A DNA stretch of 64,000 nt from a phage, in sequence record PZ386969.1; one strand, 5' to 3'. The notes below the pieces were generated by a model, which was not told where the DNA came from, did not search any database, and was given only the letters and a program-made list of their open reading frames with translations. This document shows positions 1 through 8,740 of the stretch, piece by piece. Each line of letters starts with the position of its first letter. The stretch's first letter is position 1. The translations under genes were made by a program, and so were the position numbers.

Positions 1-588
1 GGCGTCTTCGATGGTCTTCAGTAGATCACGGGAAGACCTGGCCTGTTTACCGACGTTGACCGTGGTTGTGCCATCAGGGGACGTGGTGACCTCGACGGTT
101 GTTTCATCTCCAGGAGGTGGCTCTCTGTCGCCCGTGACTGCCTTGATAGTTTTCTGGTTCTCCATCAGGTCTTTGTTCAGACCGCGCATGAGTTCACCCA
201 ACTCTTTAAAGACTGTGAAGGCACGGGGTGCTTCAGTCGTCGTCGCAAGTTTGGCTGCCTGTCCCATCATGAACATCGTGGCTTCCTGCATGGCATAAGT
301 CGTGTCACGGATGCGTTTGTAGTCGGTGGTGGCATCAGTGTCTTCGAAGTCTGGAACCTTAGACTCCTTGGGCTTCAGCTCTTCTGGGTCCAATGAAGGA
401 GGAAACACCACAGGCTCATACCCCGCAGACTCATACCCCGCAGGCTTTTCACCCAACCATTCACCTGTATCCGGATCGTAATCTTTTCCAGCCACAGGCG
501 AGGTCTTCTCCATGACTTCTTGAGCGACCTCATCTCGCGCTTGGATAGCACTGAGGGTGGATAATAGGCGTTCTGACATAGCACTCAT
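1..588 (-). CDS. virion structural protein, N-terminal part (gene runs off the window start)
   Basis: ATG at 586-588 on minus strand with GGAG 8 nt upstream; frame hand-translated open to position 1 (MSAMSERLLSTLSAIQ...); absent from ORF track because no in-window stop. Confidence 0.5.
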   Translation of the reverse strand, partial: MSAMSERLLSTLSAIQARDEVAQEVMEKTSPVAGKDYDPDTGEWLGEKPAGYESAGYEPVVFPPSLDPEELKPKESKVPDFEDTDATTDYKRIRDTTYAMQEATMFMMGQAAKLATTTEAPRAFTVFKELGELMRGLNKDLMENQKTIKAVTGDREPPPGDETTVEVTTSPDGTTTVNVGKQARSSRDLLKTIEDA

Positions 589-590
589 AA

Positions 591-1286
591 TCAATCTCCA
601 GGATGATGTACACCGTCTTTGTCAACACGGAACCACTCTGGCAGTTCCGTCCACGGTGTTTTCAAATCATTAGACATTTCGATAATTATCTCTTTGATCC
701 CGTTAGGATCCCCACCTCCACCGTTGTCCACCCAATAGTCATACCCGTAGATGAAGCCACTCAGCTGGAACATGAAGGAGCAGTCGACGTGTGGTGAATC
801 AGAAGCATCCCCTTCCCAGTTATCGGACATCTGGTGGCTAACCAGTTGGATCTTGATCTTCTGGTCTTGCTGTAGTGTATCGTTGTCCTTGATACCACAG
901 TCTAGAGAGGGAGTGAATACCGAATAAACCTGCTCTAGCACCTGTAACATCTCAACCAATTTCTTGGTTCGGATATTGTACTCAAAATCGATAATCAGGG
1001 GGATTCGCTGCTTCGCCCCTGCTGTTGGTGTCGATTGTCGATTGTGGTACGTCTTCGTCACCTGTTTGTTGATCTCAAACTGACCAAAAGAGAAAGTCGC
1101 AAATGGAAGCATGTTGGACGGCACGTTCCTGTTGAGGTCATTGCGTCTCCCGATGGCCATGTGTAATGGGACTTCCATAAGTCCACGCTCTGTGTTCACC
1201 TTCAGGTCAGACATAATGGTGGCAAACAGATTGATGTATTTCATCAATGAATCATGGTAGAAGTAATTTTCAAATGGTCTGGCCAT
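591..1286 (-). CDS. hypothetical virion/baseplate-associated protein (231 aa)
   Basis: ORF track; tightly packed in minus-strand structural operon; GGGGDPNG glycine-rich loop; no family recognised. Confidence 0.45.
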   Translation of the reverse strand: MARPFENYFYHDSLMKYINLFATIMSDLKVNTERGLMEVPLHMAIGRRNDLNRNVPSNMLPFATFSFGQFEINKQVTKTYHNRQSTPTAGAKQRIPLIIDFEYNIRTKKLVEMLQVLEQVYSVFTPSLDCGIKDNDTLQQDQKIKIQLVSHQMSDNWEGDASDSPHVDCSFMFQLSGFIYGYDYWVDNGGGGDPNGIKEIIIEMSNDLKTPWTELPEWFRVDKDGVHHPGD

Positions 1287-1288
1287 GA

Positions 1289-1939
1289 TTATTCTCCAAA
1301 GTCGATCTTCATCTTGTCTGTTGCAAGTCCCTTCTCAAGAACATCTGCTAAAGCATTGTCGGTCTGTAGAGAAGAATCCTTGTACACGTCCGGTTCGTTC
1401 TCTTCGTCCAAGATGGACAGACGTTTGTCGATATCGTCGATCTCCGGAACGCCCGTATCGAAGTTTTCGTTGCCGTACTGGAACAACGTGCACGGTAGAG
1501 AGAACGTATACCATTTGCCAAATTGCATGAAGTCTTCATCGTTGTTCGGGTTGTTGACCTTGAAGATCTTGTTCGCCAGTGGTAGATAGATCAGGTCACC
1601 TTCCTGAGGTTGTTGTTCAAACCCAACACCGTTGCCTATCACCTCAGCAAATCGGCGGCGCGAGATAGAGAACGTCACTTCGTCTTGCAATTGGATACCC
1701 CCAAACTTCTCCCACATCTGGGTGTTGAAGCCCTGGTAATCCTGCATGTATGCTTCGATGTCGAACGCCTGGTCGAATCTGTGGTTAGCATCGTTGGTGA
1801 TAGGAAATTTTTCAACGATGGAACGGGGTATATACTTGATGTCTATCCCGCGCAACTCAATCATTTCCTGTACCAAATCTTCAATCAGCTTCTGTGTGCC
1901 TTGGTGATTGGTGGCGTTGAAATATTTAGAAGTGGCCAT
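1289..1939 (-). CDS. hypothetical structural protein (216 aa)
   Basis: ORF track; ATG start confirmed; late-promoter-like motif and ribosome-site hairpin directly upstream. Confidence 0.5.
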   Translation of the reverse strand: MATSKYFNATNHQGTQKLIEDLVQEMIELRGIDIKYIPRSIVEKFPITNDANHRFDQAFDIEAYMQDYQGFNTQMWEKFGGIQLQDEVTFSISRRRFAEVIGNGVGFEQQPQEGDLIYLPLANKIFKVNNPNNDEDFMQFGKWYTFSLPCTLFQYGNENFDTGVPEIDDIDKRLSILDEENEPDVYKDSSLQTDNALADVLEKGLATDKMKIDFGE

Positions 1940-1972
1940 ATCGATACCCTCAATTTTGAAGGTATTTAGTCG
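1940..1972 (-). promoter_or_regulatory. late-promoter-like CTAAATACC plus inverted copy overlapping the ribosome site (GAGGGTAT) of gene 1289..1939
   Basis: minus-strand reading CTAAATACCTTCAAAATTGAGGGTATCGAT-ATG; resembles T4 late promoter TATAAATA. Confidence 0.45.
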
Positions 1973-1998
1973 AAGTTTATTCTTTTGAGGAATAGCTC

Positions 1999-2211
1999 AT
2001 GCAAGTGGAAGACATCAAAGAAGTTCGCAGCGGTCGTCGCGTCCGAATCATCTGTGTAGACGCCAAGATTGGAGGTGGTGATTACGACATCGTCGGTCTG
2101 GTGAAAGAAGTAGATGGCACAGACTTCATTGAGTGGTGGAACTCCAAAGACAAGACAGAAGACGGTCTGCTGCGTGGTAGTGGCAACGGAAACCTGGATT
2201 TGAAAATCTAA
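1999..2211 (+). CDS. small hypothetical protein (70 aa) on opposite strand inside the structural operon
   Basis: ORF track; GAGGA 10 nt upstream of ATG; followed by GC-rich hairpin. Confidence 0.3.
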   Translation: MQVEDIKEVRSGRRVRIICVDAKIGGGDYDIVGLVKEVDGTDFIEWWNSKDKTEDGLLRGSGNGNLDLKI

Positions 2212-2212
2212 A

Positions 2213-2240
2213 AGAAGGGCGGGTAATCCCGCCTTTCCTT
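2213..2240. terminator. bidirectional rho-independent terminator-like hairpin
   Basis: AAGGGCGGG-TAAT-CCCGCCTTT flanked by A-run and T-rich tail. Confidence 0.5.
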
Positions 2241-2997
2241 ATCCCATGTAGAAGTCGATAGGGTACTGCTGACCAGTACGCAATTCTTCCTCTAAACGCT
2301 CGATCTCCGCTTCAGCCTCACTGAACATACTATCGCCATCCAGCTCGATACCGCCAGGGAGACGGATGCCTCTTGCCTTCTTGAGCACTTCTGCCCAGCG
2401 GCGCTTGACCAACGCAGTTGCATATGCCTTCAGCCACATATCATTCCATGCTTCTTCATTACCCTCAACCTCTGGGTCGATGTTCTGGAAGCATTTGAAC
2501 GCCAACACCTCGTCCTTTATCAGGGCGAATTGTGGGTAGAGTTTGCGCTGGAATTTCTTGTAAACGAAGGTGCGCTTCACGTTCAGCACACTGGTTATGT
2601 CAGACAAACGCTGTTGCATTGAAACATAGTCGACCAAGCGGATGGAAACGAGGGCGGCCTTTGGTACCAACATGGCTTGGGCCATCTGCCATTGAGGGGT
2701 TGCCCAGTTACCGATCGATTCAATCGGAGGGCCAACGATGACTTCAACCACGTCGTCGATGTCTTTGGGGAATTCGATGTAACCGTTGGTGATAGTTTCT
2801 TCAGTCACCTGGTGAACAAAGAATGCGTCCTGACTGCCATCACGATGATACTCCCAAAACTTCTGTAGAGCATCGTCTACAGCATCCGAAACTTGCGTTG
2901 GGTCAAGGTTGATCTGAATTACAGGTGCCCCCAATTTCTTGAGAATGTAATTCATAAATCCTTTACGATCAACAATAGAATTAACGGCCATTGCCAT
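2239..2997 (-). CDS. hypothetical structural protein (252 aa)
   Basis: ORF track; ATG start; 17-nt overlap with next gene suggests translational coupling. Confidence 0.5.
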   Translation of the reverse strand: MAMAVNSIVDRKGFMNYILKKLGAPVIQINLDPTQVSDAVDDALQKFWEYHRDGSQDAFFVHQVTEETITNGYIEFPKDIDDVVEVIVGPPIESIGNWATPQWQMAQAMLVPKAALVSIRLVDYVSMQQRLSDITSVLNVKRTFVYKKFQRKLYPQFALIKDEVLAFKCFQNIDPEVEGNEEAWNDMWLKAYATALVKRRWAEVLKKARGIRLPGGIELDGDSMFSEAEAEIERLEEELRTGQQYPIDFYMG

Positions 2998-3319
2998 TCC
3001 CCTTGTTGCTCTGGATATCAGCGACGGTGATACGTAAAGTGCGAACGTCGTCAGATAGACTGTTGCTATTGAGTTTCAACTCAGCAACGTTCTGCTTAAC
3101 GTAGTTGACGTCTGTGTTTAACACAGCAATCTTCTCATTCATATCGTTCACCTTGGTGAGGATTAGGTCGACCTTGTTGGAGTCACGCTCAACCACATCA
3201 AGGCGATTCTCAAATTTACCCATCATCCAAACAACCGAGCCAACAGAGACTATCGTCGCCGTCAGCACCCCGGTGAGGATCGCTTTCACATCGATCACAG
3301 TGTCAGTTTGGGTTGCCAT
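2981..3319 (-). CDS. membrane-anchored coiled-coil protein (112 aa from ATG at 3319)
   Basis: track start replaced by ATG preceded by CAGGAGG; hydrophobic N-terminal segment then heptad-like region. Confidence 0.45.
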   Translation of the reverse strand: MATQTDTVIDVKAILTGVLTATIVSVGSVVWMMGKFENRLDVVERDSNKVDLILTKVNDMNEKIAVLNTDVNYVKQNVAELKLNSNSLSDDVRTLRITVADIQSNKGNGNGR

Positions 3320-3551
3320 CTTGGCCTCCTGACGGGAGTTCAATCCCGAGGTGTTCTGCCATGAGTTGTACCATCGCTGTCAGTTGATCTATTTGCGCTG
3401 CCTGCGCTGCAATAGTTCTGTCCTTTTCTTCCTGATTTCGACGAGCGTTCAATGCTGCCAAACCGGCAGCATTGTCTGTGCAGATGATAGCCCCAGGGCA
3501 AGAGCTACTTCTCATCATCGATGCATGCCCTTGTACTTTTACACCACGCAT
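3303..3551 (-). CDS. small hypothetical protein (82 aa)
   Basis: ORF track; ATG with GAGGA upstream. Confidence 0.45.
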   Translation of the reverse strand: MRGVKVQGHASMMRSSSCPGAIICTDNAAGLAALNARRNQEEKDRTIAAQAAQIDQLTAMVQLMAEHLGIELPSGGQDGNPN

Positions 3552-3600
3552 GATAATATCCTCTGTTAATGGCGGGGCAACCCCGCCTTGTTAATACTAC

Positions 3601-6600
3601 TTATGCCAGAGCAATCAAACGGAAATCTTTGAATGACGGCGGTGCTATGCGGTTGCCTCTGACCAGCAGGCGGATCTTCAGGCCAACGAAAGGATTGGTG
3701 CTGTCTACAGTCTTGTCATACTCATATTCGAAGAATGTAGAACCGTCATTGACCAGAGGGGATGTCGGTGCCACAGTTTCCCATGCCACATTATCCATCT
3801 CCTGGCCTGCGCGCAGCAGTTTAACCTGCACAGTCATTGAAGACTGAGAAGGTAGCATCGCGCCGAAGTATTGCTTCAGAGTGGTGCAAGGGTTATCGAA
3901 TCCGATATCCTTGGTCACATAGCTGAACACATCTTCAAACGGATCCACACCGTAGGTGTTGAAGATGATAGTGAAATCATCACCGTCGATCATTGGAGCC
4001 GTGTAGACATTACTCTCGTTGCGAGTCATGGTTGCACGAACCTGGAAGTCGCCCACCTGACGATAGATACCTTCTGTCTCCAGAGACACGTCCGTGTCGG
4101 ATTCGAACTCAACCCAATCAGAGAATGAGTTGGAGGTCGCATCGCGATAGCGGTATTCCAGTTTCAATACAGATCCTTCTAGGGCTGAATTGGTGACGCT
4201 TGCGTAGAACATGTCTACCAAGTAGTTGCCTAGGAAAGAAGCCGCTTCACCACCAATCTGACCGTCGGAGTCGGCGTTGGAACTCAGAACGAATTTGAAC
4301 GTCGTGAACGTCGCATCAGTCACAGTGTGTTGAGCGTTCAGTTGCTCAGGAGTGAAACCGCAACCACCCGTCAACCCAGACAGAGTAACACTTTCACCCG
4401 CAGTCAGGCCATGCCCCGGAGCGTACACAGTAACAGTTGAAGAACCGTTGACACATTTCACGGTGTTCAGACCCAGAGGGCGGATCTTCGGACCGACTTT
4501 AGCATCGAAGGTCACGATGTTTGAACCAGCGGAGAAGTTACAGCGATACACACGGAACTTCATATCGGCAGTCTGGTTTGGAGTCCAGGTCGTACCATTT
4601 GAAGATGTGAAGAACACGCCAGTGTACGGCTGTTTGGCAATGAACTCGTTGGTCAGCAAGTTCTTCTTACCCATCTCTGCGATGTATGCGTTGTAGTCCT
4701 GAGTGTTGGCCAAGAGAACAATCGCGAACTCAGTCTGCGCCTGCAGATACACAGGATAATCAAACTTGAACATCGTCGGCACAGAAGAGTCTGTGGAGAT
4801 GGAAACTTCTGATGGATTCAGAGTCTTACGAGTGACGACAGTCGTCGCTGGCAGACCATTGCTCATCTCACGGATTTCCAGAGTGATCGGGATATCACGG
4901 GACTTGGTAGAGAAGAACACTTCAATACCTTCGATGTATTCGCCGCCGATATTGGTGGCAACCATGAAGGACTGGGCGATAGGATCTTTCCACTTCGCGA
5001 CTTCAACCGTCTCTGTTTTGTTTTCCGTAGACTTGGTCGCAGTGTATCCCAGGACGCGAGTGTTGACATAAGTCTTCTGGATGCCCTGTTTCTTGCCGAA
5101 GGACTTATGAACAGCCTCGGCATTGGTCAGGGTATCATCAGCAGACTTGCTATCCACAGGACTGTCAGTCAGACGGAAGACGTTGTCGCCCGTGTTAAAC
5201 TTGATAGTCTCGTTCTGAGGAACCGCAAACACACCTTTGATGTTGCCGTTGGCATCAGTGTTCAACGCACCACCCAGTACACCACCGTTTGGGGTACAGT
5301 ACGCGCTCACATCACGTCCAGAGAAGAACGGATACACACGAGTGAACGGACGTAGACCTGTGGCTTCGAAGTTGATATTCGTTTTGCGCATGTATGGGAT
5401 TACCTGCGTTTCAACGATCTGCTCGCCAGTCAGGGTAGTGGTCGTCTTGTCGGTGTACGTGTACGTGGTGACGTCACGGGTAGACACAGTCGTGCGGTAG
5501 CGATAGCCCCACCATACACCACCTGCACCATGCGGTTCCCACACACGCTCAGACACAGACACAGTACGCCATGTGCCATACACAGAACCTTCTTTGATCG
5601 CACCACGGGTGTTGATCGTTTCGTTGATCACACGTGGGGTGACATAGTAGTTCTCAAACCAGTAATCAGTAGTCGGGTTCAGCTTCAAGAAGCCTTCCCA
5701 GTTGAACACCGCATACGGGTTCACGTTGATGGTCGTGGTTGCATAGTCCTGGCGGACAGAGATCTCACGGGTGTAGTTGCATACAACCATGCCATCCTGA
5801 ACGTTGTTCCAACCGACTGGCGTCAGGTCAATCGCGTTCTGCTGAACAAACGGGCGTAGGCGACCATTGTCAGTGTCGATTGAACCCACCCAGTCTGCAG
5901 ACAAATCGTCGATCAGACGGAAGTCTTTGAACGGGTCTGCTGCGATACCGTTCTTGAAGCGCGGGTTACCAGTAATTGGATCGAACACCTGTTGTGACAT
6001 CGCCGAGGATTCCAGCTGAGACAGTGAGGTGTAATATTCGACATTGGAGATACGGGTCTCCAGTTTACCGATATCGCGCATCGTGTAGCGGCGGTTGTCG
6101 ATAGTACGAATCTGGATGTCGTCAATGTTGGCCGTGTATGGTGGGATCATCAATTCATACAGGCGCATGCCGTTGTCTGGGATCGCAGGGGAAGCCAGGT
6201 TGTTGGAACTCACACCACGAGCAACGTTGAACACGCCGTTGTCTGCCAGATACACAGCATCAATACGAGGCAGATAGTACTCTGCATCTAGGATGATCGC
6301 GGTGTTCGGACGAACCATGTCCGTGTCAGACGCTCCGCTGGTGATCTTGGGACGGAAATCCAGACTGTCGGCCAATCCATACACAGTACCAGAACTGGAT
6401 GAAACATAGTTCGGGATGTCTGGGTAGTTGATGGACGAATAGGAGTCCGCTGTGAAGAAATCACCAGAGCTGTGAGCGAAATACTGATACACCACCGTGA
6501 ACGTCCCTGAAATGGCTCCTGTGGACGATATGAGGTTAGAAAGGTAGTATGCCGCATCGCGTTGACCACCGTCCAGAGTGAAGTTCGAGGTGACGTCAGC

Positions 6601-8439
6601 GCCATTTGCGTTCTTCACGCTGATCAGCTTGTAACCATCATGGTTCCCAAGTTGTGCGCTGGCCGCCGCAGTAAACGTCACAGTCTCGGTGGCTTCGGTA
6701 ACAGTCTTGGTCTTGATCGTCGCTGTGGTGCGGACCATCAATGCCAACAGGTTGATAGACTGGTTGGCATACCCCGCACCCAGGGAAATCTGCAGTGCTG
6801 AACCAACCGGAGTACCAGCCAGGGACAGTCCCGAAGAGATATCAAACTGAGCTGCAGTGCCATCTGCCTTCGCTGCGGAGTACAGTGAAAACTCAGGGCT
6901 GAAGCTGTAACCCAGAGGAGCAGAGATTGAGCCTGCACCAGCGGCGTTCAACGTGATCTTGTTTGACCGCAGGACGGTGTAGTTGATGTCGATGGTGCCT
7001 GTAGGTGCTAGAGTCTTCACACCAAATACAGGCAGAGGGAAGATCAGGTCAATTGCTGAACTCTGGCTGAACTGATTGGACTCCAGTTCGCAGGAGAACA
7101 TGGTTGTGCCGCTTTCTTCGTATGCAACTTTGGTAACAGTACCCATGTCCCCAGTCACAACCAGGTCGCGCATATACAGACGGAATTCAGTACCGGAGCG
7201 CTCTGCCGAAATCAGCAGGGCGGTGGCCTGCACATCGCTGGATGCGTTCAGGAACTTGTAGCGGATTGTGCGGGAGACAACCGGAACCCCTTTGGAGTTC
7301 TTGGACACCAGATAGTTGCCAGTCGAAACAGCCACAGGGTTGTTGTTCAGGATATCAGTGTCACGGGCTTTGTCAATTATGACCAGCTCTTCGCCGAGGT
7401 TTTCGATACGACGACCACGAACGTAGGAAATGCCTGGCTTCATAACAGCCACGAATTTGCTTTCATCACCACCTTCAGCCGGAGTGTATACGCCACCGTT
7501 GTTGTTCTGTTTCAGATGTTCGCGTAGGTCGATCTGGTGAGTAGAGACGTTGTAGTCACCATTGGTCTCATAGGTACGCTGAGCCATGGCGTCTTCGAGG
7601 ATGTTGTATGTTGACTGGGTGACCATGGACTGAATGCGACCGTCTTTCACCTTCGCCAGTTCGACGAAGTCGGCCACTTCTTCATCATAACCGTAGCGAG
7701 ACAACACGAGGTCGACGCGCAGGCGATGCGCACCAGGGGCTTTAGAGTTCGGAGTACCCTGAGCATTGGAGAACAGACTTTCATCTTCTGCTTCAGTCAC
7801 GATTGTTTCTGTAACTTTGAAGCCAATGCGGTGAGATGTAGAGTTCGATGCGTTGTCTACGATCAAAGTGGTTGGTTCAACATCCAGGAACATACCACGA
7901 ACGAAATAAACACCCTTTGTCATGCGAGCGACAATCGAACCGCCAACAGTATCGGCCACACCATAGCCGACACGGATGAAGTTATCGTTCACGTCATAGG
8001 TGTTGAAGTATAGATTGTCACCAGCTTCGAAACCGTCTGAACTACCACTCTCAGTCATCTCTAAGATGGCATACATTGTATCCGGCTCAGCTGGATAACG
8101 TTCCAAGGACAGGACGCGTGCTTTCGCATTGTTGTCCTTGCCCAGAACATAGAGTTCGGAGATACCTTCCAGATCAGTGAACTCACTACCGCCAGCCAGA
8201 GTGAACTTCATGGACACAGCAGTGTTGGTGATCGTTAGGCCGCCGGGGATAACCATTGAACCGTCTTTGAACAGATGGTTGCCAAGTTTCTCCAGTTGAT
8301 CCTGGAAGATGGTCTGCATCTGGTTCAGTTCACGCGTCTGAACTTTGATAGGTGCCGGACGGAATAGGATGCGCGAAAAACGCTTCTCTGGATTCCAGTC
8401 ATCCCAATATGGGCGGCGGTTGAGGTTCATTTCTTGCAT
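3601..8439 (-). CDS. very large virion structural protein (~1612 aa), Thr/Ser/Gly-rich, likely baseplate or fibre component
   Basis: track start 8487 is TTG; first ATG at 8439 has GGAG 7 nt upstream; composition and position in structural operon. Confidence 0.6.
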   Translation of the reverse strand: MQEMNLNRRPYWDDWNPEKRFSRILFRPAPIKVQTRELNQMQTIFQDQLEKLGNHLFKDGSMVIPGGLTITNTAVSMKFTLAGGSEFTDLEGISELYVLGKDNNAKARVLSLERYPAEPDTMYAILEMTESGSSDGFEAGDNLYFNTYDVNDNFIRVGYGVADTVGGSIVARMTKGVYFVRGMFLDVEPTTLIVDNASNSTSHRIGFKVTETIVTEAEDESLFSNAQGTPNSKAPGAHRLRVDLVLSRYGYDEEVADFVELAKVKDGRIQSMVTQSTYNILEDAMAQRTYETNGDYNVSTHQIDLREHLKQNNNGGVYTPAEGGDESKFVAVMKPGISYVRGRRIENLGEELVIIDKARDTDILNNNPVAVSTGNYLVSKNSKGVPVVSRTIRYKFLNASSDVQATALLISAERSGTEFRLYMRDLVVTGDMGTVTKVAYEESGTTMFSCELESNQFSQSSAIDLIFPLPVFGVKTLAPTGTIDINYTVLRSNKITLNAAGAGSISAPLGYSFSPEFSLYSAAKADGTAAQFDISSGLSLAGTPVGSALQISLGAGYANQSINLLALMVRTTATIKTKTVTEATETVTFTAAASAQLGNHDGYKLISVKNANGADVTSNFTLDGGQRDAAYYLSNLISSTGAISGTFTVVYQYFAHSSGDFFTADSYSSINYPDIPNYVSSSSGTVYGLADSLDFRPKITSGASDTDMVRPNTAIILDAEYYLPRIDAVYLADNGVFNVARGVSSNNLASPAIPDNGMRLYELMIPPYTANIDDIQIRTIDNRRYTMRDIGKLETRISNVEYYTSLSQLESSAMSQQVFDPITGNPRFKNGIAADPFKDFRLIDDLSADWVGSIDTDNGRLRPFVQQNAIDLTPVGWNNVQDGMVVCNYTREISVRQDYATTTINVNPYAVFNWEGFLKLNPTTDYWFENYYVTPRVINETINTRGAIKEGSVYGTWRTVSVSERVWEPHGAGGVWWGYRYRTTVSTRDVTTYTYTDKTTTTLTGEQIVETQVIPYMRKTNINFEATGLRPFTRVYPFFSGRDVSAYCTPNGGVLGGALNTDANGNIKGVFAVPQNETIKFNTGDNVFRLTDSPVDSKSADDTLTNAEAVHKSFGKKQGIQKTYVNTRVLGYTATKSTENKTETVEVAKWKDPIAQSFMVATNIGGEYIEGIEVFFSTKSRDIPITLEIREMSNGLPATTVVTRKTLNPSEVSISTDSSVPTMFKFDYPVYLQAQTEFAIVLLANTQDYNAYIAEMGKKNLLTNEFIAKQPYTGVFFTSSNGTTWTPNQTADMKFRVYRCNFSAGSNIVTFDAKVGPKIRPLGLNTVKCVNGSSTVTVYAPGHGLTAGESVTLSGLTGGCGFTPEQLNAQHTVTDATFTTFKFVLSSNADSDGQIGGEAASFLGNYLVDMFYASVTNSALEGSVLKLEYRYRDATSNSFSDWVEFESDTDVSLETEGIYRQVGDFQVRATMTRNESNVYTAPMIDGDDFTIIFNTYGVDPFEDVFSYVTKDIGFDNPCTTLKQYFGAMLPSQSSMTVQVKLLRAGQEMDNVAWETVAPTSPLVNDGSTFFEYEYDKTVDSTNPFVGLKIRLLVRGNRIAPPSFKDFRLIALA

Positions 8440-8469
8440 TTTGATGCTCCATCGATAGGTGCCATTATA

Positions 8470-8482
8470 GAGATATTTAGTA
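8470..8482 (-). promoter_or_regulatory. late-promoter-like CTAAATATCT upstream of the large structural gene
   Basis: minus-strand CTAAATATCTCTATAATGG about 35 nt before the ATG. Confidence 0.4.
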
Positions 8483-8647
8483 TACAACCAACCGAGGAAT
8501 AGAAAGAAATAAGCCCGAAGGGGCTTTGATTATCTTTCTGTGGTTATGGTCATGGATTCGAGACCTCTGCCATTCATGGTAGATGGTATTCAATTAGGTA
8601 TGTTTAATATATCAGGTCAGACTATTACCTTAACTGCTGTATCGATT

Positions 8648-8680
8648 AGGGTAATGCAAACAGTAAACTCTATATAAAAA
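8648..8680. repeat. ~35-nt conserved element downstream of a tailspike gene (copy 1; copy 2 at 13505..13540)
   Basis: AGGGTAATG(C/A)AAACAGTAAACTCTATATAA shared at both loci, each just 3-prime of a tailspike stop. Confidence 0.6.
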
Positions 8681-8695
8681 GTATTATTAATAAGT

Positions 8696-8728
8696 AAAAA
8701 CAACCCCATAGAAGTGGGGTTGTTTTTA
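8696..8728. terminator. bidirectional rho-independent terminator
   Basis: AAAAACAACCCCAT-AGAA-GTGGGGTTGTTTTT. Confidence 0.6.
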
Positions 8729-8740
8729 AGTGATTATTAC

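Noticed and set aside
11-584. Plus-strand ORF 11..298 and minus-strand ORF 375..584
   Set aside because: A third frame on the minus strand is open across the whole of 1..588 with a good start signal and abuts the upstream gene, so it is the likely real gene; the two track ORFs overlap it out of frame
3601-8487. ORF-track start at 8487 for the giant gene (and similar starts at 20528, 29243, 43776, 48520)
   Set aside because: These first codons are TTG on inspection; downstream ATG codons with GGAG-type ribosome sites were preferred
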